Of a stretch of 64,000 bases of DNA, positions 43,419 to 51,376 are shown piece by piece. The notes beneath the pieces are model-generated. The model worked only from the letters and a program-made list of their open reading frames with translations. It did no database searches and was not told the DNA's origin. A program made the position numbers and the translations under genes. Numbering within the stretch: position 1 is the first letter of the stretch; every line of letters begins with the position of its first letter. This stretch comes from a virus. Its lineage: Duplodnaviria; Caudoviricetes. The DNA lies in IMG/VR virus record IMGVR_UViG_3300042888_002988, positions 64,001 through 128,000 of that record; one strand, 5' to 3'.

Positions 43419-44251
43419 TCTCCCACCAAAAATCCGCGGCGCTCAAAGAGCAGGCCACCAACTACCTTCAGTCGGACGACTTCAAAAGCATCGTGCCCTA
43501 CCTGATGTCGGGCGGCGTCGGAGCTTTGGCCGGCGGTGCCATGACCGGCCGCCGTCGCAAGGATAGCGGCGAAGGTCGTCTTGGCTACCTGGCGCGCATA
43601 CTTCGCAACGCTCTCATCACCGGTGGACTCGCTGGCGGCGCGCACGCGCTCCTCGACAAGGGGGTGGAGAAAACAGTCGGAAACCTATCGGACAGCTCGA
43701 AGGCCCTCACCGGCACACCCGGAGATGAAGGACCGATGGCCACCGCCACGAAGAACATTGCGTTCTCTCCTCTCACAGCCGCTGGTGCTGGCGCTGGAGC
43801 ACTGGCGCTGACCCACAACAACTCTACCATTGGGGCCGGGGACACCAGCGACGCCATGAAGCGTTTCAGTAAGGATCTCCCAGGTAAGCATGACAGCGCG
43901 TGGATGCGCACCTCGACGCCAGGCGAAATCGCGTCGACCCTGGAAGGTATCGCCGACCCGAAAAAGGTTGAGACCCTCGAACGCTTGCGTCGGGCTGCTG
44001 GAGTGCCGTCCTCGCACATCACTCCAGGTGGGAATGGTATAGGCAACCTGCTTGAGAAAATTCCTGGCATCGACGCCGCCAACGTAAAGGGCGCACTATC
44101 CTCGGCTGCGCGCCGCGGACCTTTGAGCACCTTTGGTCAATCGTGGCCTCGCCGCGCCGGTCGTGGCGCGCTTGCGCTTACAGCCGCGAGCCTCCCGGCG
44201 CTGATCGGCGCTCTCGTTACCAGTGATTCATCACCATCTTCTGCTTCCTGA
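43415..44251 (+). CDS. Gly/Ala-rich membrane-type protein with N-terminal KxA (putative ejection protein)
   Basis: MISHQKSAA; four glycine-zipper-like hydrophobic segments. Confidence 0.75.
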   Translation: MISHQKSAALKEQATNYLQSDDFKSIVPYLMSGGVGALAGGAMTGRRRKDSGEGRLGYLARILRNALITGGLAGGAHALLDKGVEKTVGNLSDSSKALTGTPGDEGPMATATKNIAFSPLTAAGAGAGALALTHNNSTIGAGDTSDAMKRFSKDLPGKHDSAWMRTSTPGEIASTLEGIADPKKVETLERLRRAAGVPSSHITPGGNGIGNLLEKIPGIDAANVKGALSSAARRGPLSTFGQSWPRRAGRGALALTAASLPALIGALVTSDSSPSSAS

Positions 44252-44254
44252 CCT

Positions 44255-45697
44255 ATGGAAAAATCATTTGCCACTGACGACCACGACCAGCTGCTGGCAG
44301 CAGCAGACGGTCACGCGTTCACATTCTTCGAACGCCCCTATGGGCGTGGCTCATTCACCAAGTCTGCGTCGGATGTCATCTCGAAGTTGGACCTGCAGAA
44401 CCACATGCCGCCCGACACCCACTTCGGCGTGCATCTCATTTCCATGGGGTCCGAGGAAGACTACGGTGCCAATCGCAACGGTGACTCTGCCTCGCGCCGT
44501 TCGCTGCAAGAATACCACCCCACCTTCGAGAAGTTTGGGAACGTGTTCCGTGAGCACAACAACAAAGATCCCCGCAAGCGCTGTGGCGACGTCAAGCTGG
44601 CTCGCTACAACCCGCGCATGCACCGAGGAGAGCTCATCGTATGGGTCGACAAGGACAAGGCGCCCGACATGTATAAAAAGGCCAAGGCCGGCGAAGAGCT
44701 GTCGTGGTCCATGTCAATGCGCCTGCCGCATGACGAATGCTCGTGCTGCCGCAAGAAGAGCAAGCGCACCACCGAGTATTGCAGCCACCTTCGCAACAAC
44801 ATGCTGCAGTTCGTGCCTGGGTTTGAAAAGTATGCCTATGCCAGGAACGAAGAAGGTGTGAAGTTTTTCGACATCAGCGAGGTGAAGCGCCGCGCGGATC
44901 GGATCGCCACATACCTGGGTTACACTTTCAGTCCGGGCGACATGGCCAAGGCCGCGTCCTCCAGCACCATCATCACCGGCGCGCAGTGGGCCGAGCATCA
45001 GTTCGGCGTATCGCGTGCTGTGCCATTCGACGCGTGGGAAGATCTCACGCTCGACAAGCTGGCCGCCGCCGAGGAGTTTGTTCGGAACGCCGATGCCAAT
45101 ACGCTCACCACGCTCTATAAGATGGCCCCGCGCGATCTTACCCGCGAGCAGATCGAAACGCTGGCCGGCCCCGACTTCCGCAACGTCGGCGGTGAGCTTG
45201 CCAAGAAGGCGATGATTATCAACTTCATGACGTTCGCGTCGATGGTCACTAACCGCTCGATCGAGGAGCTGCAGAAGGACGCCGCGCTATGCGATGCGAT
45301 GGATGAGAAAATGCCATCGCTACTCTCTGATATGGCTCGCGACGGCGGCTCCGCATGCGGCGAGGAAGTCGCTGATTCGGTGTCACCCGATGAAGTCGGC
45401 TGCTCGTTCTCGCCAGGCAAGGACAACATCGATCGCCTCATGCAAGAGGTCGGTGACGAATGCGGTATGAAACCTGAGGATGCATCCAACCGTGCGCTAA
45501 GCGTGACCATCATGAAGACCGCCGGCCTGCGCCGCTCGGGTAAACTAACCGAGGTCGACGCCTACTACAGCGGTCTGATCGCCGCATACGGACACTACGT
45601 CGTCAAGGCTGCTCACCAGATCAAGGATTTACCCGGTATCTCCGCCAACACATTGTTCCGCGGCCTGGCCGCCAGTCTTTCAGTATCCCTACGATAA
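44255..45697 (+). CDS. Prohead maturation protease (HK97/assemblin-like fold, inferred)
   Basis: GANRNGD, FREH (candidate His), GELIVW (candidate Glu), SWSMS (candidate Ser), CSCC...YCSH Zn motif; lies upstream of scaffold and capsid genes; carries its own KxA sites (FTKSA, MAKAA, IMKTA). Confidence 0.7.
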   Translation: MEKSFATDDHDQLLAAADGHAFTFFERPYGRGSFTKSASDVISKLDLQNHMPPDTHFGVHLISMGSEEDYGANRNGDSASRRSLQEYHPTFEKFGNVFREHNNKDPRKRCGDVKLARYNPRMHRGELIVWVDKDKAPDMYKKAKAGEELSWSMSMRLPHDECSCCRKKSKRTTEYCSHLRNNMLQFVPGFEKYAYARNEEGVKFFDISEVKRRADRIATYLGYTFSPGDMAKAASSSTIITGAQWAEHQFGVSRAVPFDAWEDLTLDKLAAAEEFVRNADANTLTTLYKMAPRDLTREQIETLAGPDFRNVGGELAKKAMIINFMTFASMVTNRSIEELQKDAALCDAMDEKMPSLLSDMARDGGSACGEEVADSVSPDEVGCSFSPGKDNIDRLMQEVGDECGMKPEDASNRALSVTIMKTAGLRRSGKLTEVDAYYSGLIAAYGHYVVKAAHQIKDLPGISANTLFRGLAASLSVSLR

Positions 45698-45701
45698 AAT
45701 G

Positions 45702-45730
45702 TTGCCATCGGTTCGATTTCGGTGCATAAT
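45702..45730 (+). promoter_or_regulatory. Sigma70-like promoter for the scaffold-capsid operon
   Basis: TTGCCA-N17-CATAAT, 56 nt before ATG 45787. Confidence 0.6.
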
Positions 45731-45786
45731 TCGATCGGACCTGGCGAACGCCTCAAAACAAGTCTCACATCAACCACACCAATACC

Positions 45787-46926
45787 ATGGCCGAACAACA
45801 ACACAAAGTGGCTGCGGCGATTCGCCAATACGCGGAAAAGCTCGCATCCGAAAAAGCAGCCGCCGGCGAAGGCGCACCAGACCGCTTGACTGTCGCTGAT
45901 GGTCAGGGTGGTATCACAACCTCCAAGGGAACCGTTCCAAAAGATGTCGGCCAGTCCGAGCTTGAAGTTCGCCAGCCCAAGGATGGGACCGCAGTCCAAA
46001 CCTCCAGCGCGAACGCCAGCGGCGGTGAGCGTATGACGGTGGCCGACGGTCAAGGCGGCATCACTGCCTCCAAGGGGAGCGTCCCCGCCGATCCGGGACA
46101 AGCGGAACTCGAAGTCAATCAACCCACCGACGGTTCCGTCGTGAAGGGTGCAACCATTTCCAAGCGGGCTGCCAGCATTCGCGCTGCGCTGATCAACGCC
46201 AACCCTGCGCTGGCCGAGAAGTTCGCGCCCGCCTCTCAGTCGTCCGCCGCTCCCGCAGTGAAGACGGCTGGTAACAACCAGGCTGCGGCTTCCGCTCCCA
46301 ACATTCAACTGAGCAGTGATACGCTGTGCAAGATTGCTCGAGCCATTCTCTCCTCCGACGAAGGTGTGCGTTTCGCGCACGACATGCTGGAGAAGCAAGC
46401 CGGCGAAGAAGCTGCACGCAATCAGATCATGGAGGCCATTCAGGCTTCACAGGTCTACGACGAGAGCGAGCATGTCAAACAAGCCGCTTTCAACGATCTC
46501 GGCAACAAGGCCGTGACCATTCACAACTCGCTCCTGCAAGCTGGCGTGACCGAAGACGATGCGGACTCGATCCTCAAGCAGGCTTCCGTCATCCAGGAGA
46601 AGCTCGCCGGCTACGAGCACCCGCTGCTCAAGGCTGCGTTCGCTCAAGGCATGGACGATGCCTCCCTCATGGCTGCCGCTGACGAAGCTGGCGGCGAAGA
46701 AGGTGCTCCTCCGATGGACGAAGCTCTCCCGATGGGCGGTGAGCAACTCGGCGAAGAAGAGATCATGGCGCTGCTTGAAGAGATGCTCGCCTCCGGTCAA
46801 ATCACCGAGGAAGACATCAAGACCGCAATCGGAGCCGCTGGCGGAGCCGGAGCCGAAGGAGGCATGCCTCCTGAAGGTGGCGGCGCGCCGCCCGAAGAAG
46901 CAGCCATGGCAGCCGCCGGAGCCTGA
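45787..46926 (+). CDS. Putative capsid scaffolding protein
   Basis: Ala/Glu-rich helical protein with acidic Gly/Pro tail and seven KxA sites, between protease and capsid genes. Confidence 0.65.
   Translation: MAEQQHKVAAAIRQYAEKLASEKAAAGEGAPDRLTVADGQGGITTSKGTVPKDVGQSELEVRQPKDGTAVQTSSANASGGERMTVADGQGGITASKGSVPADPGQAELEVNQPTDGSVVKGATISKRAASIRAALINANPALAEKFAPASQSSAAPAVKTAGNNQAAASAPNIQLSSDTLCKIARAILSSDEGVRFAHDMLEKQAGEEAARNQIMEAIQASQVYDESEHVKQAAFNDLGNKAVTIHNSLLQAGVTEDDADSILKQASVIQEKLAGYEHPLLKAAFAQGMDDASLMAAADEAGGEEGAPPMDEALPMGGEQLGEEEIMALLEEMLASGQITEEDIKTAIGAAGGAGAEGGMPPEGGGAPPEEAAMAAAGA
45883..46143 (+). repeat. Intragenic 114-bp direct repeat, two copies, 147 bp offset
   Basis: 45883-45996 and 46030-46143 encode R(L/M)TVADGQGGIT(T/A)SKG(T/S)VP(K/A)D(V/P)GQ(S/A)ELEV(R/N)QP(K/T)DG. 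Confidence 0.9.
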
Positions 46927-46958
46927 TCCACCCCACCCTATTTTTTACCACACAACGC

Positions 46959-47372
46959 ATGAACAAAGCAGCCTTCAGCGCAATGCTCGGTGTGATCGAT
47001 GATGCCATCGATCTCGCGGACTCCGCTGTCAAGTCCGCGGAGTTGGCGCAAAGCCGAGACGCCGAGCCAGTCACACTGGTGAAGGTCGCCGCGGAGCGCT
47101 ACCAGTCCGCTGCTGCTGAGCTCATGAAAACTGGCGCATTCCGAGACTACTCCCGGGATAGCCTCGCAAAATCTCTCGAGTCGGCCGGCCCTGCTGGTCT
47201 GCTCGGGTTTCTGGAGAAGCTGGCCTCCAGGGCTGTGTTTCCGCTCGATGTCGATTTCGGCAGCGATGGGGACCTAGTCGATAAGTCAGCCACCAACCGG
47301 ATGGATGCCCGTCCCGCTGAAAACAAGACCGACCTTTGGGAACGGTGTTGCCAAGAAGCGGGACTAAGCTGA
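46959..47372 (+). CDS. Small helical head-assembly (scaffold-like) protein
   Basis: MNKAA, LVKVA, LEKLA and VDKSA in 137 aa; position in the capsid operon. Confidence 0.65.
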   Translation: MNKAAFSAMLGVIDDAIDLADSAVKSAELAQSRDAEPVTLVKVAAERYQSAAAELMKTGAFRDYSRDSLAKSLESAGPAGLLGFLEKLASRAVFPLDVDFGSDGDLVDKSATNRMDARPAENKTDLWERCCQEAGLS

Positions 47373-47414
47373 AATGCCGGATCCGAACATACACACACCT
47401 GAAATAACAACAAT

Positions 47415-47996
47415 ATGCAATACGCACTGAATCGTCGAATCGCTCGCGCTCGCGTTCCAATGCAGGTCCTCCGTGGATTCAACCCCACCGAGCCCGGCAA
47501 GTTGTCGTTACTCGCTGCACCTATCGACGGTCAAGCGATCCAGTCAGGGATGGTGATTGTAAGAGGCACTGGCACTGTAAACGGAAAGGCATCCCAACAG
47601 GGATGGCTGAAGGCACAGGCCGCAGACTCCATTGGCGCTACTGGCGCTAACGAGGTCATCTCTTACTTCCTCGCCCTCCATGACCAGGATTCGCACGACG
47701 TCCAGGCAAGCGGCGGACTCGTTGGGCTTGATTGCTCCGACGATTACGAAGTCCAAACTGGCTACTTTGTCAAGTCTGGGTCATACGTCTTCAACTCCCC
47801 GCTTACCTGCGGAGCTGATGGCCAAGTGACTCTCGCGACGGTAACGAACGCCAACATCCTCGGATATGTGACTCGTGTCGGAAGCGGCGCTAACGGTCAG
47901 ATCCCGTATGTTGGGAAAACGCCGCCAACAGCTAACGCTGCTGACGCTGAAGTTCTCCAGTTCAAAACCTCCCGTAGCGGTCAGCGCAAGGCATAA
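47415..47996 (+). CDS. Putative head decoration/cementing protein
   Basis: Beta-rich, Gly-rich 193 aa immediately upstream of the capsid gene. Confidence 0.55.
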   Translation: MQYALNRRIARARVPMQVLRGFNPTEPGKLSLLAAPIDGQAIQSGMVIVRGTGTVNGKASQQGWLKAQAADSIGATGANEVISYFLALHDQDSHDVQASGGLVGLDCSDDYEVQTGYFVKSGSYVFNSPLTCGADGQVTLATVTNANILGYVTRVGSGANGQIPYVGKTPPTANAADAEVLQFKTSRSGQRKA

Positions 47997-48033
47997 CCTG
48001 AGCTCCTAACCAATAACCAAGAAAGAACCAGTT

Positions 48034-49017
48034 ATGTCTGACCAAAACGCAAAAGACCTGCTCATCAAGAAGCAACTCATCGACGATATCCTCGATTCCG
48101 AGGACGGCGTCGTGAAGCGCGCTTCTGCCGCCACCTCGAAAGCTACTCGGACTCAAATCCGGGAAGAAGGCTTTCAGCGTGCGATCATGTCGTTCGATAT
48201 GATCACCAACGAGGAACTCGATTACTTCGGTGATTCTGAGCTCCCCGGTGTGTGGTTCGAACTCGAGCCTGACTCGCCGCCGGCCCGTATCATCCCCTAC
48301 AATGACACCCCGAACACCTTCGCGTATCGCGCGGAGAAATACGTGGTTCTCATTTCGGTGATTACGACCGAGGAAGCGACGAAGAACGTCAACCATCTCC
48401 GTACTTACAAGACGGACATCCGCCAGATCGTCAACGACAACATGTTGCGTGACATCCACACCGCAGAAGATACCGCGTTCCTCGCGGAGGTCGACCGCCT
48501 CGTGGGTTCACCAGTCGCCTACGGCACTGTTGAAGCTGCGATCGTCGCCGGGGGCACCGGCGCTCAGAACGTGACTATGGGTACTGCTACCTTTAGTCGC
48601 GCCAACCTGAAGCGTGCCGTTAGCTACCTCATCGAGCGTCAGCTGCCAGTCGGTGTGTTCCTCGTGAACCAACGGACTGCCAACGAGTTCCTCGGCTGGG
48701 ATCGTAACGAGATGGGTGGTGATCTGTCCCAAGAGGTGGCTCGCAAGGGCCTCAAAGCTCTTGAGACGTTCGAGATGTTCGGTATCCCGTTCATCAGCAC
48801 CATCAAGAACAACCTCGTCGCCAACGGTGTGATGTACCAATTCGCTCCGCGTGAGTTCCTCGGAAACGCGCTGATGCTTGAGGACATCACTGTGACGATC
48901 AAGAAGGAGTATGACATCATCCGTATGCGTGCCCAGGAGCAAGTCGGTCTCACGATCGGCAACCCCCTCGGTCTGCAGAAGCTGAACTACACCATGTCCA
49001 GCGTCACTGGCGCCTGA
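48034..49017 (+). CDS. Major capsid protein (HK97 fold, inferred)
   Basis: 327 aa, strongly biased codons, strong terminator downstream; pattern DIRQIVNDNMLRDIHTAEDTAFL, FLVNQRTA, MFGIPFISTIK; N-terminal VVKRA pro-peptide site. Confidence 0.75.
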   Translation: MSDQNAKDLLIKKQLIDDILDSEDGVVKRASAATSKATRTQIREEGFQRAIMSFDMITNEELDYFGDSELPGVWFELEPDSPPARIIPYNDTPNTFAYRAEKYVVLISVITTEEATKNVNHLRTYKTDIRQIVNDNMLRDIHTAEDTAFLAEVDRLVGSPVAYGTVEAAIVAGGTGAQNVTMGTATFSRANLKRAVSYLIERQLPVGVFLVNQRTANEFLGWDRNEMGGDLSQEVARKGLKALETFEMFGIPFISTIKNNLVANGVMYQFAPREFLGNALMLEDITVTIKKEYDIIRMRAQEQVGLTIGNPLGLQKLNYTMSSVTGA

Positions 49018-49045
49018 TCCTTCTAGCCCTTAACAAGGCCTTCTG

Positions 49046-49075
49046 GCGCCGGTGGGAAACCACCGGCGCTTTTTT
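49046..49075 (+). terminator. Rho-independent terminator after the capsid gene
   Basis: GCGCCGGTGG-GAAA-CCACCGGCGC followed by T6. Confidence 0.9.
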
Positions 49076-49229
49076 GTTGCCGATCCGCGGCGTCTCCGTA
49101 TCTTGCTGCGGGGTTCGCCGCAAGCGGTCCAGGAGGGCGAGGAACACCTTCCCAGTCCGGCCAGTGCAAGCTGGTGCTTATCCAATGCTCCACGAAAGGC
49201 GTCGACTTCACGGTCCGACGCCTTTCGCG

Positions 49230-49268
49230 TTGCCAGCCGCGGGTTTTCATTGTAGCATACGAACCATG
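49230..49268 (+). promoter_or_regulatory. Sigma70-like promoter, leaderless geometry
   Basis: TTGCCA-N17-TAGCAT-N7-ATG(49266). Confidence 0.6.
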
Positions 49269-50327
49269 AGCGAGCCGATGACTCAACAGTTTGTAACCGC
49301 ATTCCTAACCACCTGCTTCGACGCAGGCCTGAGCAAGGAAGCCGCCGCTGAACTCCTGCAGAAGGAGTCTGTCGACGTAGAGCTTCGTCGACGCCCAGCG
49401 TTCGCAGAAGGTTATCTGAAACAGGCATCAATGTTCCCGGGTCAGCTATGCCCCGCGCTGCGTGTCCGTTCCGCCCGCTCCGAGATGGAGAAGGCAGCTT
49501 TGCTGAAGGGGCTCGGCCGCGCTGGTAAGGCGCTGCTGTGGGATGCTCCTGCTGGTATCGCTCAGTCGCTCTTCGGAGCGGGAAAAGGCGTAGCTAAAGG
49601 CGTGGGGCGCACCTTTGGCCCACAGAAAGCCTCGCTCTTGGAGCGCTATCCGTTCACCGTCGGTATGGCGGGCATGGCCGGCGTCGGGGCCGGCACTTAC
49701 GGCCTGACGAAGTGGCTCAACCAGGACAACGGTCTGGGTGCCAATAGCAATGATCCATTCCTCCCACCAGGCGGCTACAGCAAGGCGCAATACGACGCCA
49801 TGTATGAGAACCGCCTCAAGGAACACGAGCCTGGTATCTTCTCCACCAACAAGGAATATGACTCTAGCGCTGGCCGTATCGCTGAGCTGCAGAAAGAGAT
49901 CGAGGAAGGTCGCGGCGGTAGTAACGCCTATCAGGAACTTCAACAACTGGAGCGCCGCCGTGGCAGCCTCGGCGGTGCCCGCTCGGACTACACCGAGCAA
50001 CTGGACATGAACCAGGATTCGAGCCGCGACCTCATGTCCCGGATCGCCAACCGCACTGCGGATCTTGAGAATCAGCGCACCGCTTGGTGGGCCGCGCCGA
50101 AGCGTTGGCTGATGCAGGCCCGCGGTGGCGATCTGTTCGACTCCAGCATCTCACAACGCCACTTCGACCGTCAGATCGGCGGTCTGCAGGACAACTCGGC
50201 GCGCGCCAGGATGCAAGAGCGTCTGGCTGCGGATCGGGCCAAGCTCGTACGCGGCGGTGCCACCGGGCGTTCCGCGCCTCAGCGCACCCAGGAACAGCTC
50301 ACCACGGATTTCTTCCCCGCCTACTAA
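49266..50327 (+). CDS. KxA protein with amphipathic helix, TM and coiled coil (putative ejection protein)
   Basis: LSKEA, YLKQA, MEKAA/LLKGLGRAGKALLW; FTVGMAGMAGVGAGTYGL hydrophobic segment. Confidence 0.75.
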   Translation: MSEPMTQQFVTAFLTTCFDAGLSKEAAAELLQKESVDVELRRRPAFAEGYLKQASMFPGQLCPALRVRSARSEMEKAALLKGLGRAGKALLWDAPAGIAQSLFGAGKGVAKGVGRTFGPQKASLLERYPFTVGMAGMAGVGAGTYGLTKWLNQDNGLGANSNDPFLPPGGYSKAQYDAMYENRLKEHEPGIFSTNKEYDSSAGRIAELQKEIEEGRGGSNAYQELQQLERRRGSLGGARSDYTEQLDMNQDSSRDLMSRIANRTADLENQRTAWWAAPKRWLMQARGGDLFDSSISQRHFDRQIGGLQDNSARARMQERLAADRAKLVRGGATGRSAPQRTQEQLTTDFFPAY

Positions 50328-50333
50328 TCAGCC

Positions 50334-50756
50334 ATGTCCGACGTCATCACCATTGCTGATGTCCGCGAGGACATGCTTGATCGCCAAGCTGAAGACCATT
50401 TGGTCCTGACCGACCTAGCGTTCACTGACCCGGACATCGAGTGGGCCATGAAGGCATGCATGCGCAAATTCAACGGGATCAGACCGATCGGTATCAACAT
50501 CTCGTGGGATGCGATGCCGAGCAACACGTCGGTGTTCTTCGACGGCGTCGCTTGGGCGCTGTGCCGCCGCTGGCACCGCAACGTCAGCATGAACGACTAC
50601 GACTACTCGGCCGGCGGTGTGACAGCCAACGTGCAGGGATCACTGCTGAAGAACCTGGAGCGCCTGCGCGACAAGTTGGAGCAGGAGTTCGTCGAGGCCG
50701 CCACCAATTTGAAGGTATCTGCTAACCTTGATGATGCATGGGGGGTAATAGGATGA
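50334..50756 (+). CDS. Putative head-tail adaptor (neck protein)
   Basis: 140-aa helical protein (ITIADVREDM...DIEWAM...DYSAGGVTA) downstream of the capsid gene. Confidence 0.55.
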   Translation: MSDVITIADVREDMLDRQAEDHLVLTDLAFTDPDIEWAMKACMRKFNGIRPIGINISWDAMPSNTSVFFDGVAWALCRRWHRNVSMNDYDYSAGGVTANVQGSLLKNLERLRDKLEQEFVEAATNLKVSANLDDAWGVIG

Positions 50757-51376
50757 CACCGTTCGCACGACTGGAACCAATGATGCTGAAGAGGGCCGGA
50801 ACGCAGCCCTTCCCGTTCGCTCCGCAATACATGCCGGGGCGAGTTCCGCAACCGATGCCAGACCCTGGGCAAGCGCCGGCCGCGCCTGATGAAGGCGGTT
50901 GGGGCTGGAAAGACACCGGCGGCCTGGCGCTGGATATCGCAGCCGGATCCAACCCGTTCACCGGCGTCCCATACTACGGCTACAAGGCGTTCAACGATTT
51001 CAAGGACGGGAACATCTGGTCCGGGCTCGGCAACGTCGCCTGGGGCGCGGCGTCCTTCTTGCCCGGCGCCGGATCTGCAGCCAAAGGCATCGTAGGCGGT
51101 ATCTCTCGTGGTGCCGCGAAAATGACCCCAGGTTTCGTCAAGTCTATGCAGACTGGCGGTAAGCTGTCGGCTGGTATGACCAAGGGTATTGGCACTGGAA
51201 GCTTGGTCGGCGGCCTGGGCGCAACGGGGATGGGTATGTATACCGGCGAAGGCATGCCGCAGCAACCCCAGCAACAGCCGATGATGCCGCAGCAGATGCC
51301 GCAGCAACAGCAGCCATTCAACTTCATCGACCACTCGATCAACACCATCCGCGGCACGCAGGGTGCAGCACCATAA
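50753..51376 (+). CDS. PFAxL-leader KxA protein, Gly-rich (putative ejection protein)
   Basis: MTPFARLEPMMLKRA/G; glycine-zipper helices; PQQ tail. Confidence 0.75.
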   Translation: MTPFARLEPMMLKRAGTQPFPFAPQYMPGRVPQPMPDPGQAPAAPDEGGWGWKDTGGLALDIAAGSNPFTGVPYYGYKAFNDFKDGNIWSGLGNVAWGAASFLPGAGSAAKGIVGGISRGAAKMTPGFVKSMQTGGKLSAGMTKGIGTGSLVGGLGATGMGMYTGEGMPQQPQQQPMMPQQMPQQQQPFNFIDHSINTIRGTQGAAP

